Shown: one piece after another, positions 20,935 through 30,987 of the stretch
Numbering within the stretch: the stretch's first letter is position 1
Layout of the letters: every line of letters starts with the position of its first letter
Assembly: GCA_963932905.1 (NCBI GenBank)
Contig: CAWVRN010000002.1
Span: 64,001-128,000, forward strand
Direction of reading: 5' to 3'
Source of the DNA: an uncultured Bdellovibrio sp.
GTDB lineage: Bacteria; Bdellovibrionota; Bdellovibrionia; Bdellovibrionales; Bdellovibrionaceae
Length of the DNA: 64,000 nt
The notes under the pieces: model-generated
Databases searched by the model: none
The model's input: only the letters and a program-made list of their open reading frames with translations
What the model was told of the DNA's origin: nothing
Made by a program: the position numbers and the translations under genes

Positions 20935-22028
20935 TGGTAAATTTTGAATCATTTAAAAAAAGTGTCTATAAAGTTTTGACTCCGGAATCGACGGGCAGTG
21001 GTTTTCAATTGCAGGGAGTCGATTTAGTCATCACGAATTATCATGTGATCGAAGGCCTACGTGACGTCGCCTTGGAATCCTATGATAACCGTCGAGTGAA
21101 AGCCAAAGTTCTGCTGGCTAATCCTAGAAAAGATATCGCGTTGCTGAAATTAGAGCGTCCTTTGTCTGAAGGTGGATTAGACTCAAATCCAGCTGTTATG
21201 GTTTTAGATCGCGACAGTGTGGTGGCGATTGGTTATCCACTAGGAATGAACTGTACGTTCACTCAAGGTATTGTATCGAATTCGCAGCATCGTATTCAGG
21301 ATTTAGCTTATATCCAAGTGGATGCAGCTATTAATCCTGGTAACAGCGGTGGCCCATTGTTAAATCAAAACGGGCAAGTCGTTGGAATTAATTCTAGAAA
21401 AATTCAGGAAGCAGAAAATATTGGTTTTTCAATCCCAATTAAGTTTGCGTTTGAAGATTTGGAAAAGTGGAAAACACTGAATGGCACCGAATACACAGTG
21501 CTATGTACATCTTGTGAAAACCCACTGCTAACACCAAGCGAGCATTGTCCTCACTGCGGTTTTCAAGTGGATTCCGAGAAGTATTTTAGAACTGTTGAAA
21601 TTGATCGCATGGCGATTCAAGTGGAGTCTTTGATTGCACACTCTGGCCATGATCCTATCACGCTACGTTCTGGCAAAAGTTATTGGGAACTAGTCAGTGG
21701 CAACGATGTCGTTCGAATGTTTTTTTATTCTCAGGACTATTTCTATGCGGCAAGCCCACTGGTTCAGTTACCTAAACAGAATATTGAACGTGTGATGAAA
21801 TTCATCAACTCTGAACATCAGTTTCCATTCTATCTGGGTATCGACAAGACTAAAATTTTTTATTCGTTTAGAAAACACTCTTCAGATTTGGTTCTTGAGG
21901 GGCATTTCAATTTAATAAAAGCTCAGTTCAAACGCTACATCGAGGAAGTGAAAGCTCTAGAAGATCTGTTGATCAAAGAATATGACTGTACCCCGTTTGA
22001 GAGCCTTCAGGCGAAGATTTCATCTTAG
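20934..22028 (+). CDS. Trypsin-like (S1C) serine protease with zinc ribbon and putative YbjN-like C-terminal domain
   Basis: Triad motifs TNYHV, DIALL, AINPGNSGGP; CTSC...CPHC; no signal peptide or PDZ domain. Confidence 0.85.
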   Translation: MVNFESFKKSVYKVLTPESTGSGFQLQGVDLVITNYHVIEGLRDVALESYDNRRVKAKVLLANPRKDIALLKLERPLSEGGLDSNPAVMVLDRDSVVAIGYPLGMNCTFTQGIVSNSQHRIQDLAYIQVDAAINPGNSGGPLLNQNGQVVGINSRKIQEAENIGFSIPIKFAFEDLEKWKTLNGTEYTVLCTSCENPLLTPSEHCPHCGFQVDSEKYFRTVEIDRMAIQVESLIAHSGHDPITLRSGKSYWELVSGNDVVRMFFYSQDYFYAASPLVQLPKQNIERVMKFINSEHQFPFYLGIDKTKIFYSFRKHSSDLVLEGHFNLIKAQFKRYIEEVKALEDLLIKEYDCTPFESLQAKISS

Positions 22029-22158
22029 GTATTTTTCTCTTGTGAACAAAGAAATGACCATTGAGAAGAAGGTTTAAAACTTTAAGACACGAACTGCGCC
22101 AAGCTTCCCGCAATGACAAAAGAAATCAAAAAATAAAAAGAAGCTTCATCACCATATC

Positions 22159-22644
22159 CTATTTAGCTAGTAAGTTAGCGATGTCTTTTTCAATATCCTT
22201 AGGTTCTGTGTTTGGCGCGTATCTTTGAACTACGTTGCCATTTTTATCGACTAGGAATTTTGTAAAGTTCCATTTAATCATTTCAGTACCCAGGATACCC
22301 GGTGCTTTTTCTTTCAGGAAACGATAAACAGGCGATGCGTTGTCGCCATTCACATCTACCTTGGCCATAACTGGGAACGTCACATCGTACGTCATTTTAC
22401 AGAATGTTTGAATATCATCATTCGTGCCAGGTTCTTGAAAGCCAAATTGGTTGCAAGGGAAGCCTACAATCGTAAAATTTTTGTCTTTAAACTTTTTGTA
22501 AAGTTCTTCTAGGCCCGCGTACTGGGGCGTAAAGCCACATTTACTAGCAACATTTACGACCAAAACGACATTACCTTTAAAAGTTGATAAGGGAACGTCG
22601 GCATTTTTCTCGTTTTTCACACTGAAATCATAGAATGAACTCAT
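22159..22644 (-). CDS. Glutathione peroxidase (Cys type)
   Basis: VNVASKCGFTPQY, GFPCNQFG, IKWNFTKFLV. Confidence 0.95.
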   Translation of the reverse strand: MSSFYDFSVKNEKNADVPLSTFKGNVVLVVNVASKCGFTPQYAGLEELYKKFKDKNFTIVGFPCNQFGFQEPGTNDDIQTFCKMTYDVTFPVMAKVDVNGDNASPVYRFLKEKAPGILGTEMIKWNFTKFLVDKNGNVVQRYAPNTEPKDIEKDIANLLAK

Positions 22645-22789
22645 AATAAAGACTCCTGAACTAATCGTTGGTTGCCTATTAAGGGTAACGATTCAGATAA
22701 CCTTAAGCAAGTCGATGTCACTTGGATTTTGGCACTGAGTCTTTAAATGAAGGTTTTCAAAACAGAGACTTTATTTTAAAGTAAGTCAT

Positions 22790-23443
22790 ATGAAAAAAAT
22801 TGCAGTTTTATATGCGGGTTGTGGTCATAAAGATGGTGCCGAGGTGACAGAGGTCGTTAGCCTTTTAGCTAACCTGGATAAGGCGGGTGCTAAGGTAACA
22901 TGTTTTTCATTGGATAAAAATGTACCAGTGACAAATCATCTAACTCAGACAACCAGTAAGACAGAGACTCGAAATATGCTAGCCGAAGCCGCGCGCATTA
23001 GTCGCGGGCAAATTCAAGAATTGAACTCGCTGGTAGTTAGCGATTTTGATGCGTTGGTCATCGGTGGTGGTTTTGGCGTTGCCTTACATTTCTGTACCTG
23101 GGCTGAAAGGGGAATGGCCTGCACGGTGGAACCCGATGTTGATCGTGTGATTAAAGAATTTCATAGCGAGCAAAAACCAATTGGGGCTGTTTGCATTTCT
23201 CCTATACTGTTGGCTAAATGTCTTGCCGGCAAAGGAATCACTATTACTTTGGGGCCAAAATCGGATAAATTTAATGAATTAAAGCGTTGGGATGTCGAAG
23301 TTGTAGAATGCCCGGTTGAAGATTTCATTACAGATCGTGATAACAAGATCATCACGTCGCCAGCATTCATGCATGATACCACATTCGGACCTGTTTTTAC
23401 TGGTATCAGTCGCATGGTAAAAGAGTTAGTAGAAATGGCTTAA
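22790..23443 (+). CDS. elbB: ElbB/ES1-family (DJ-1/PfpI superfamily) glyoxalase
   Basis: GCGHKDGAEVTE, EAARISRG, GGFG, KPIGAVCISP, SPAFM. Confidence 0.85.
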   Translation: MKKIAVLYAGCGHKDGAEVTEVVSLLANLDKAGAKVTCFSLDKNVPVTNHLTQTTSKTETRNMLAEAARISRGQIQELNSLVVSDFDALVIGGGFGVALHFCTWAERGMACTVEPDVDRVIKEFHSEQKPIGAVCISPILLAKCLAGKGITITLGPKSDKFNELKRWDVEVVECPVEDFITDRDNKIITSPAFMHDTTFGPVFTGISRMVKELVEMA

Positions 23444-23457
23444 GCGTAAGGAAAATT

Positions 23458-24489
23458 ATGAGTTCAATTAAAGTAGCATTAATTTTTGGTGGCACATCTA
23501 ACGAAAGATTAGTTTCCGTAGCGTCAGCACAAAACGTAGTTAATTATTTTCAAAATCCTGATATTTATTTTATCAATCCGCAAGGGCAGTGGTTCACTGT
23601 AACAAAAGATGAATTATTAAATCATAAGAATCCATTCGTGCAGGAGTTTCAACCCAAGTCGGCGATGGTGGCGAATGATTTAACAGGAACATTAAGTTTG
23701 CTGAAAGGAAAAGTCAGTTTCCTAGCGCTGCATGGAACCGCTGGCGAAGATGGTACTTACCAAGACTTTTTTGAGAAACATCAACTGGCCTACACGGGAT
23801 CTGGCGCTAAAGCCAGTCGCCTTTGCTTTAACAAAGCGAGAACAAAAGAAGCGGCTCGTGCTCAGAAAATGTCATTAGCCAGTGAATTGTTAGTGCATTT
23901 TGACTCCGTGGAATCGGTTAATAAATTGAAGAAATTTTTTGCTGATAAAAAGAAGGTTGTTTTAAAACCAAATGCGAACGGGTCTAGCTTTGGATTATTT
24001 ATTGTTTCCAGTGAATCTGAACTAGAAAATGCGATTAACCAAATCACAAAATCAAACGAACACGAATATATCTGTGAAGAGTTTATCACGGGCCGCGAGA
24101 TGACGGTCGGTGTTTGGGAAAAACAAGATGGAATGGTGCCGTTAGCCCCAAGTGAAGTGCTTTTAGAGGCCGGTGCTAGCTTTGATTACCAAGGTAAGTA
24201 CCTAGGTCGAGGTAGCAAAGAAATCACACCCGCTGATCTTAATTCAGTTCAGAAAAAAGCGTGTCAAGATCTAGCGTTACAGGCTCATAAAGGCTTTGGT
24301 TGTTTGGGTTATTCGCGCACGGATATGATCTTAACCGCCAACGGTCCGGTGTTTATTGAAACGAATACGTTACCGGGAATGACGAAGGCTTCATTTATCC
24401 CGCAGCAATTAGCAGCTGATAATATTCCATTTCAAACCTTTATTGATGAGTTACTTAAGTCGGGTCTTTCTAGGTATCAGAAAGTCTAG
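23458..24489 (+). CDS. ddl: D-alanine--D-alanine ligase family protein
   Basis: FGGTSNERLVS, ALHGTAGEDG, KPNANGSSFG, FDYQGKY, ETNTLPGMT. Confidence 0.9.
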   Translation: MSSIKVALIFGGTSNERLVSVASAQNVVNYFQNPDIYFINPQGQWFTVTKDELLNHKNPFVQEFQPKSAMVANDLTGTLSLLKGKVSFLALHGTAGEDGTYQDFFEKHQLAYTGSGAKASRLCFNKARTKEAARAQKMSLASELLVHFDSVESVNKLKKFFADKKKVVLKPNANGSSFGLFIVSSESELENAINQITKSNEHEYICEEFITGREMTVGVWEKQDGMVPLAPSEVLLEAGASFDYQGKYLGRGSKEITPADLNSVQKKACQDLALQAHKGFGCLGYSRTDMILTANGPVFIETNTLPGMTKASFIPQQLAADNIPFQTFIDELLKSGLSRYQKV

Positions 24490-24497
24490 AAAAACTT

Positions 24498-24513
24498 CGG
24501 CATTGGTTTTGCT
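24498..24513 (+). promoter_or_regulatory. Putative sigma54 promoter
   Basis: CGGCATTGGTTTTGCT (GG-N10-GC), upstream of the small zinc-ribbon gene. Confidence 0.55.
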
Positions 24514-24603
24514 TTAACTAGTTTCAACACTTGAGTTGTCTGAATTTTAGGAATCATAAAATTCTTCGACAGCATAAAATGGATTTTACAAAGTGGGGAA
24601 GCA

Positions 24604-24810
24604 GTGGAAGCAAAGAAGTTAAGATATTTCGAAAATATTAATCACCCGGTTCATTCCGAGTTTATTAAATCACAAAATCATTGTGTGCTCTGTGATACAG
24701 AACTAGAGATCAATCACGTTGCCAGTGATGATTCTAAGACGATCAAAGAAGAGGCGTTCTGTCCTCAATGCACTTTGAAAACTAGAAACAAAATTTACCT
24801 GCTTAATTAG
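24604..24810 (+). CDS. Small Cys4 zinc-ribbon protein
   Basis: CVLC...CPQC in 68 aa; GGGGA RBS before GTG. Confidence 0.65.
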   Translation: MEAKKLRYFENINHPVHSEFIKSQNHCVLCDTELEINHVASDDSKTIKEEAFCPQCTLKTRNKIYLLN

Positions 24811-25037
24811 AATTGCTCGCGTAAGCCAATTGCTGTCCTCGCGTCCTCTGGTTCTGTTCTTGTAAAAAATGGTCTGTAGACAGACTAAGGACCGCTATTT
24901 TCTTGAGCACGCTGAACGACATAATTTTGACAATACTGTCAGGATTTGAACTTTCCATAAGTTTAGTCAGTATCGTAAGTCTGGATATCAATTCAATGTC
25001 GCTTGTACGGTTTTAAAAAATCATCAATAATTAATCA

Positions 25038-25520
25038 ATGCTAGTTTCATTTCTTGATAGCGTGAAATATGTTGGGCATCTTGTTCCGATTTCTTTCTTG
25101 CGAATATTTTTAGGTTATTACTATTTGCAATCAGCGATGATGAAATACACGTCTGATTTTCTAAATAAGCCGAAAATTGCAGAAACTATTTCTGAGTTTC
25201 TACCATTGAGCCAAGCTCCGGAGTGGTACAAAGTTATTGTGACGGCCCAAATGATTCCGCAATGGCAAATTCTTGCATTTTTAATAACTGGCTTTGAATT
25301 CGCAATCGCAATTTCGTATTTAATTGGCTACGTTGTTAGACCGGTCGCAGTGCTTGGTGTTTTGCTTTCTTTGAATATGATTTTCATCATGGGACCGGCA
25401 TACGAGGATTTGAATAAAACGTTTTTAGCTTTACATTTTGTAATGGCATGGATCGGGGCGGGACGCTGCTTAGGTATCGATTACTATTTTTATAAACGTC
25501 GCCGTGGATTGTGGTGGTAG
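25038..25520 (+). CDS. DoxX-family membrane protein
   Basis: LRIFLG, EFAIAI, GAGRCLGID; about four transmembrane segments. Confidence 0.75.
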   Translation: MLVSFLDSVKYVGHLVPISFLRIFLGYYYLQSAMMKYTSDFLNKPKIAETISEFLPLSQAPEWYKVIVTAQMIPQWQILAFLITGFEFAIAISYLIGYVVRPVAVLGVLLSLNMIFIMGPAYEDLNKTFLALHFVMAWIGAGRCLGIDYYFYKRRRGLWW

Positions 25521-26561
25521 ATGCAGCATTTTATAATTTTCATATTTAGTATTTTCTTTGTATTAGTGCTGAGCTTTTTCAATCGCAAAACGGTAGTAGA
25601 TGAAGCGCAAAAGACTTTGCGTGTGTATGGTTATTCCTCGTTTACCTCTAAACTGGGGCCTGGTTTTGAGCTAAAAAAGAAGTTTGAATCGATTTGTAAT
25701 TGCAAAGTAGAATTCGTTGAGGCCGCAGATTCGGGTGTATTGTTGCAAAGAATTAAATTGGAAGGTGCAACTTTAGGGGCCGATTTAGTTATCGGTTTGG
25801 ATCAGTATGATTTGCAAAAAGCGTTATCTGAAATCAATTGGCGTAAACTAGATTTCTCGCAATTAGATATCGACGAAATTATCAGACCCGCACTGTCTAA
25901 TAGTTATTTTGTTCCCTTTGACTGGGGGGTTATTGCTTTTGTGGGTCGTAAAGAAGATCCACTCCCCGCACCGAAATCGCTGAAAGATTTAACAAAGTCG
26001 ATCTATAAAAATAAAATTGCATTGATGGATCCAAGAACGTCGTCTCCGGGCATGCAGTTTTTAAGCTGGGTATACGATTCAATGGGCAAAGATGAAGGCG
26101 AAAAATATTTAGAGCAAATAATGAATCAAGCTCATAGTTTTTCTCCGTCTTGGTCAACTGCGTACGGTTTTTTCTCGAAACGGCAAGTCAGCTATGTTCT
26201 GTCGTATTTAACGTCGCCTCTGTACCATCAATTAATAGAGCATAATAATTCTATCGAAGCTTTTACATTTACCGAAAAACATCCTATTCAATTTGAATTT
26301 GCTGGTATACCTTTGGACTGCAAAGAATGCAGTTTGGCCGAAGAATTTATAAATTTGATGCTATCAGATGAGGGACAGAAAATAATCATGAATAAAAACT
26401 TCATGTTTCCAGTCATTAAATCCGCTCTAGTGGGGACTCCGTTTGAACCTCTGGCGAAATTTAATCATTTAGCACAGTTCAAAATCCCGTCGGTCTCTGA
26501 TGTCGATTTTTTAATAAAATCGTGGACGTCAATACGACGGGGCGAAAAAAATGCAAAATAG
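25521..26561 (+). CDS. thiB: Thiamine ABC transporter substrate-binding protein
   Basis: YSSFTSKLGPG, ADLVIGLD, PFDWG, DPRTSSPG, WSTAYGFF, LSYLTSPLYH. Confidence 0.8.
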   Translation: MQHFIIFIFSIFFVLVLSFFNRKTVVDEAQKTLRVYGYSSFTSKLGPGFELKKKFESICNCKVEFVEAADSGVLLQRIKLEGATLGADLVIGLDQYDLQKALSEINWRKLDFSQLDIDEIIRPALSNSYFVPFDWGVIAFVGRKEDPLPAPKSLKDLTKSIYKNKIALMDPRTSSPGMQFLSWVYDSMGKDEGEKYLEQIMNQAHSFSPSWSTAYGFFSKRQVSYVLSYLTSPLYHQLIEHNNSIEAFTFTEKHPIQFEFAGIPLDCKECSLAEEFINLMLSDEGQKIIMNKNFMFPVIKSALVGTPFEPLAKFNHLAQFKIPSVSDVDFLIKSWTSIRRGEKNAK

Positions 26562-28023
26562 AAATCCTATAAAGACCTTTTCGCAAGGTGTGCTGACCTT
26601 TTTTTTGCTGTGTCCTTTTTTGGTTCTATTCTTTCATTTTCAGATATCCACACGTTGGGATTGGAATGAGTTCTGGTGGGCCCTTAGAAATTCAATCTGG
26701 CAAGGGTTGTGGTCAGCTTTGTTATCAACGTGCGGTGGTATGGCTTTGGCTTCTGGGCTGATCTTTTGCGAGAATCGTTTTTCTCGCTGGGTAAACTTCA
26801 ATGTCTTTTTCTTGTTACCAAATTTTTTACCAAACCTGTTTATTTTAATTGGCCTGATGAGCTTAATAGATCCATTTCCTATGGGTTCTATTGGGGTTGT
26901 GATCGTACATGCCTTTATTAATTTTGGATTATGTGGAGTTATCCTTAAAGAAGTTATCAAAACTAAACTTTCAAAATTATCAGATGTGGCATTTATTTTG
27001 GGCGCTGGTCGTTTACATTTCTATTCAAAAGTGTTGTGGCCATTGATTCGTAAAGACATTCTGCAAGTTTTCTTTTTGGTGTTCGTGACGGCGTTTAGTA
27101 GTTTTGCCATTCCCCTGGTTGTCGGCGGCGGCAAAGGTATCAATCTTGAAATTCTTATTTTTGAAAAAATGAAAATATACAATGATTGGAGTACCGCCGT
27201 ATTGATTTCGGGTATTCAGTCGTTGTTGTTATTTGCCTTTTCTTTGATGAATTTCAATGCCAACACGGTAGTCGATGTGAATCCACATTTGCAAAGTCGA
27301 TTTCTGGAATCACGATTAAGTTTTTATGTGTTTTCATTTCTATATTTGGTATTTTTCTATTCGTATTTCAGTGGAGTTTGGGAAGGCATCAGTAGTTGGG
27401 TCGATTTTGAATTGTATGCAGAAGAAATCGTAACTGGTGTTTTTGGAACTCTGGCTATCTCGATCGGTGTAGGTTGCGCGATCTTTGCGTTACTGATGTT
27501 GATCACGCGATTGCATCAAACCAACTGGTTTCACCGCTTCCTAAACGGTTACATTGCGCCTAGCACGGCGCTAGTGGGTTTTGCATTTATGGTGGTTGGA
27601 CCTAATACATCGTCGTTTGTTTTGCTAAAAATCGTTCTTGGTTTGGCTTTAAGTTATGTGATCTATCTTTATAAAATGGGATACGGAAATTATTTGATTG
27701 AGCTTGGCCGTTATAAGGAGAAGGCGGAACTGCTAGGTGCTAGCGAGAATCAGATTTTTTGGAAAATTTTATTTCCGCTAACTTATAAACGTATGTTTTT
27801 ATATTCGGGCATAGCTGCTTTCTGGGCGACGGGAGATTACGGAATTTCCAAAATGATCGCTAACCGCGATATTTCGCTCGCTTTGTTGTCGGAAACATTT
27901 TTAAGTCATTATCGAATTGGATTCTCTTCTTTGCTGTCGTTTATTTTGTTAGTATTGGGTCTTTTGGTTTTCTTAGCTTTTCGTGGAGTGCAAATTGTCA
28001 TTAGTCGAAAAATTAATTATTGA
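26551..28023 (+). CDS. thiP: Thiamine/iron-type ABC transporter permease
   Basis: Two permease halves with degenerate EAA-like motifs (AFILGA, AELLGAS), between the binding protein and ATPase. Confidence 0.7.
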   Translation: MQNRNPIKTFSQGVLTFFLLCPFLVLFFHFQISTRWDWNEFWWALRNSIWQGLWSALLSTCGGMALASGLIFCENRFSRWVNFNVFFLLPNFLPNLFILIGLMSLIDPFPMGSIGVVIVHAFINFGLCGVILKEVIKTKLSKLSDVAFILGAGRLHFYSKVLWPLIRKDILQVFFLVFVTAFSSFAIPLVVGGGKGINLEILIFEKMKIYNDWSTAVLISGIQSLLLFAFSLMNFNANTVVDVNPHLQSRFLESRLSFYVFSFLYLVFFYSYFSGVWEGISSWVDFELYAEEIVTGVFGTLAISIGVGCAIFALLMLITRLHQTNWFHRFLNGYIAPSTALVGFAFMVVGPNTSSFVLLKIVLGLALSYVIYLYKMGYGNYLIELGRYKEKAELLGASENQIFWKILFPLTYKRMFLYSGIAAFWATGDYGISKMIANRDISLALLSETFLSHYRIGFSSLLSFILLVLGLLVFLAFRGVQIVISRKINY

Positions 28024-28627
28024 ATATTCCGATTTCTCTGTTCGCATTGAAAAATGGGAATTGCTAGATTCTGGTGTGAATGTTTTATGGGGCCCTTCGG
28101 GATCTGGCAAAACTAGCGTATTCCGAGGGTTGCTGGGTTTAGAAAACGTAAAAGAATGCAAATGGAATTTCGGCGGCGAAGACTTAGGGCGACTTTCGCC
28201 AGGTCAAAAAAATATCGGCGTCGTATTTCAAACTTATGATCTGTTTCCTCATATGACAGCCTATGAAAATATCCAGTTTGCGGCTGAAGCTAGAAAGGTC
28301 GATGAAGGCACATTCCAACGTCAAGTGGATGGAATAGCTAAGAAACTTAGAATCGAACACTTGCTAAATAAAAAAGCTCCATTACTGTCGGGCGGCGAAC
28401 AACAACGAGTTGCGATGGCCCGCGCAGTCGTAGGTAAACCTCGAATGTTATTCTTAGACGAGCCGTTCTCGGCCCTAGATGAAGAGTTAAAACAGGAAAG
28501 CCGCGAACTTGTGCGCGACTTTATCAAAGAACAGAACATCCCTGTTCTGCTTATCACTCACGATAAGCGCGACGTCGACGTCCTAGGCGACAAAGTTTTT
28601 GAAATCAAAAACGGACAACTCATTTAG
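27983..28627 (+). CDS. thiQ: ABC transporter ATP-binding protein (ThiQ-like)
   Basis: GPSGSGKT, LSGGEQQRV, LFLDEPFSALD, ITHD. The true start may be slightly downstream. Confidence 0.8.
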   Translation: MECKLSLVEKLIIEYSDFSVRIEKWELLDSGVNVLWGPSGSGKTSVFRGLLGLENVKECKWNFGGEDLGRLSPGQKNIGVVFQTYDLFPHMTAYENIQFAAEARKVDEGTFQRQVDGIAKKLRIEHLLNKKAPLLSGGEQQRVAMARAVVGKPRMLFLDEPFSALDEELKQESRELVRDFIKEQNIPVLLITHDKRDVDVLGDKVFEIKNGQLI

Positions 28628-28680
28628 GTGCCAGGCTATTTTTCTGGCAACGGTGCGTCCGGAAAAGTAGCCTGGCACCT
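28626..28680. repeat. REP-like 22-bp imperfect inverted repeat
   Basis: AGGTGCCAGGCTATTTTTCTGG ... CCGGAAAAGTAGCCTGGCACCT, with two G-U-compatible mismatches. Confidence 0.7.
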
Positions 28681-28730
28681 TTTGGAAAATAGGGTGGCGC
28701 TTTTGGTTTGAGTGGTGTAGATCCGGTGGA

Positions 28731-29552
28731 ATGAGCGAAAAGATCAAAATTCGATTTACGGTTTCTTACGATGGAACAGACTACTGCGGCTGGCAGAAAC
28801 AGAATCATGGTCATGTTAAAAGTGTCGCTTTTGTTTTAGAGCAAGCTCTGTCATCTATTCTTAACGAGAAAATTTCTTTGTTCGCTAGCGGTCGCACTGA
28901 TGCGGGTGTGCATGCTTTGAATCAGGTTTGCCATTTTGAAACGACCAAGCCGTTGAAGTTTTTCTATAACTTGGATTTCGCTTGGTCTGTAAACTCCAAG
29001 TTGCCTCCAAGTATAGTGGTGAAAGATGCCTGGCATGCGCCGGCGGAATTTCACTCCACAATTTCACCCGAATATAAAACCTATCGTTACATAGTACGTA
29101 ATAGTAATCGTCCTTCGCCTATGTTGCATCGATATGCACACTGGGTTCGTAACCCTATCGATATTGATTACTTAAATAGCTTAAGTGCCTTCCTTATAGG
29201 CAAGCATGACTTCAAAAGTTTTCAATCTATTGGCAGTGATGTACCCCATACAGTGCGTACGATTTACAAAGCTGGTTGGGTCCAAACGAAAGAAGGAACC
29301 TTTGAGTTTAGAATCACTGGCAGTGGCTTCCTTAAACAGATGGTTCGCAACATTGTGGGCACCCAATTGCAACTAGAAAGAACCAAGGAAAAACCTGAAA
29401 AATTCAAAGAAATCATAGAGTTAAAAGACCGATCAAAAGCGGGGGCGCCGGCTCCTCCACAGGGACTTTACCTGTGGAAAGTTTATTATCCTTTGGAGCT
29501 TGACAATAAGTGCCGCAAACTTTACAAAGACAAACTCATGGTCAAGGATTAG
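28731..29552 (+). CDS. truA: tRNA pseudouridine(38-40) synthase
   Basis: YDGTDYCGWQ, ASGRTDAGVHA, GKHDF, FLKQMVR, APPQGLYL. Confidence 0.97.
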   Translation: MSEKIKIRFTVSYDGTDYCGWQKQNHGHVKSVAFVLEQALSSILNEKISLFASGRTDAGVHALNQVCHFETTKPLKFFYNLDFAWSVNSKLPPSIVVKDAWHAPAEFHSTISPEYKTYRYIVRNSNRPSPMLHRYAHWVRNPIDIDYLNSLSAFLIGKHDFKSFQSIGSDVPHTVRTIYKAGWVQTKEGTFEFRITGSGFLKQMVRNIVGTQLQLERTKEKPEKFKEIIELKDRSKAGAPAPPQGLYLWKVYYPLELDNKCRKLYKDKLMVKD

Positions 29553-29647
29553 CCCCGTTGTAAAAAACATAATTCTAAACCTCAATGATACAACTGATTA
29601 ATGATGCAACTTAATTAGGCGTTAAAGAAAGATACTGGAGCAAGTAA

Positions 29648-30088
29648 ATGAAACAAACAAAAACTTTCATGGCAAAGTCTGAAGAAGTACAGCGCGCATG
29701 GCACTTGATCGATGCTGCTGACCAAAAAGTAGGCCGTGTAGCAACTCACATTGCTAACCTTCTACGTGGAAAGCACAAAACTATTTTCACTCCTCATGCG
29801 GACACTGGTGACTTTGTTGTCGTAATCAATACTGACAAAATGGTTCTAACTGGTTCTAAATGGGATTCTAAAAAATTCTACCGTCACTCTCGCTTTTTCG
29901 GTTCTATGAAAACGAAAACAGCGGCGCAGATCAAAGAAGAAGATTCTACTTTCATCATGCACGAAGCCGTTCGCGGGATGTTACCAACAAACAAAATGTC
30001 TAGACACTTGATCTTGAAAATGAAAGCGTACACTGGCGCTACTCATGATCACGCTGCTCAAAAACCTACAGCTTACCAAGTGAAATAA
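29648..30088 (+). CDS. rplM: 50S ribosomal protein L13
   Basis: WHLIDA, LRGKHK...TPHADTGDFVVVIN, AVRGMLP. Confidence 0.98.
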   Translation: MKQTKTFMAKSEEVQRAWHLIDAADQKVGRVATHIANLLRGKHKTIFTPHADTGDFVVVINTDKMVLTGSKWDSKKFYRHSRFFGSMKTKTAAQIKEEDSTFIMHEAVRGMLPTNKMSRHLILKMKAYTGATHDHAAQKPTAYQVK

Positions 30089-30101
30089 GAGGATATAGAT
30101 A

Positions 30102-30500
30102 ATGGCAACTATGGAAAAATTATTTTATGCAACTGGAAGAAGAAAAACGAGCACAGCGCGCGTTTTCCTTAAACCTGGTAAAGGCACTGTTACTGTAAAC
30201 GGCGATAAACTAGACGAATACATGACACGTCTTCAATCTCGAATGGTTGTTATGCAACCGTTCGATTTATTATTACAATCTGGAAAGTTTGATGCAAAAA
30301 TCACTGTAACTGGTGGTGGTGAAGCAGGACAAGCCGGTGCTATCCGTCTTGGAATCTCACGTGCTCTTCAAGCGTTTAATCCTGAATTCAGAGCGACTTT
30401 GAAAAAAGCTGGCTATCTTACTCGTGACCCTAGAATGGTTGAGCGTAAGAAATACGGTAAATCAGGTGCTCGTAAACGTTACCAATACTCAAAACGTTAA
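30102..30500 (+). CDS. rpsI: 30S ribosomal protein S9
   Basis: YATGRRKTS, GQAGAIRLG, LTRDPRMVERKKYG...QYSKR. Confidence 0.98.
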   Translation: MATMEKLFYATGRRKTSTARVFLKPGKGTVTVNGDKLDEYMTRLQSRMVVMQPFDLLLQSGKFDAKITVTGGGEAGQAGAIRLGISRALQAFNPEFRATLKKAGYLTRDPRMVERKKYGKSGARKRYQYSKR

Positions 30501-30523
30501 TCCGTTTTGTTCTATATGGAACG

Positions 30524-30558
30524 AAAAAAGGAACCCACTTTTGGGTTCCTTTTTTTTT
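30524..30558. terminator. Bidirectional rho-independent terminator
   Basis: AAAAAAGGAACCCA-CTTT-TGGGTTCCTTTTTTTTT. Confidence 0.85.
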
Positions 30559-30597
30559 GCCTTATTCACTTTGGGGTCGGTTAAAGATATTTACGAT

Positions 30598-30987
30598 TTA
30601 AGACGATTTTCTAAACATCGTTGAAATCATACCATCTGATACGACCTCGCGATGTTTTATAGTATTTCGTTTATATTCAACTAGTGTTTCAAGTACTGTA
30701 GTTTGCAGGTCTTCGATAGAGAACGGCTTGATTAGTTGAGGTAGGTAATCTGTTTCTGCACCGGAGATTGCAACTAGTGGAACGTTTCGTTTTGAGCATT
30801 CTGACTGCAACGTTTTAAATGCGACGATCTTATTTCTATAATCGCCTAAAACGATATCGCAGTTTTGCCAGTTCATGTCTTTCAAATTGTAAAACGTCGC
30901 CACTTCATAATTTTTGGTTTCCATCATTTCTTTTAACAAATCAGCTACGTCTTTATCGTCTTCGAAAATTGCTACTTTTAAACCCAT
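30598..30987 (-). CDS. Stand-alone response-regulator receiver domain protein
   Basis: KVAIFEDD, IVLGD, AISG, IKPFS. Start at ATG 30987 after GGGAG. Confidence 0.75.
   Translation of the reverse strand: MGLKVAIFEDDKDVADLLKEMMETKNYEVATFYNLKDMNWQNCDIVLGDYRNKIVAFKTLQSECSKRNVPLVAISGAETDYLPQLIKPFSIEDLQTTVLETLVEYKRNTIKHREVVSDGMISTMFRKSS

Noticed and set aside
24811..25520. TPP riboswitch upstream of the thiamine-type ABC operon
   Set aside because: No CTGAGA...ACCTGA...GGGA signature was found before the DoxX gene or thiB.
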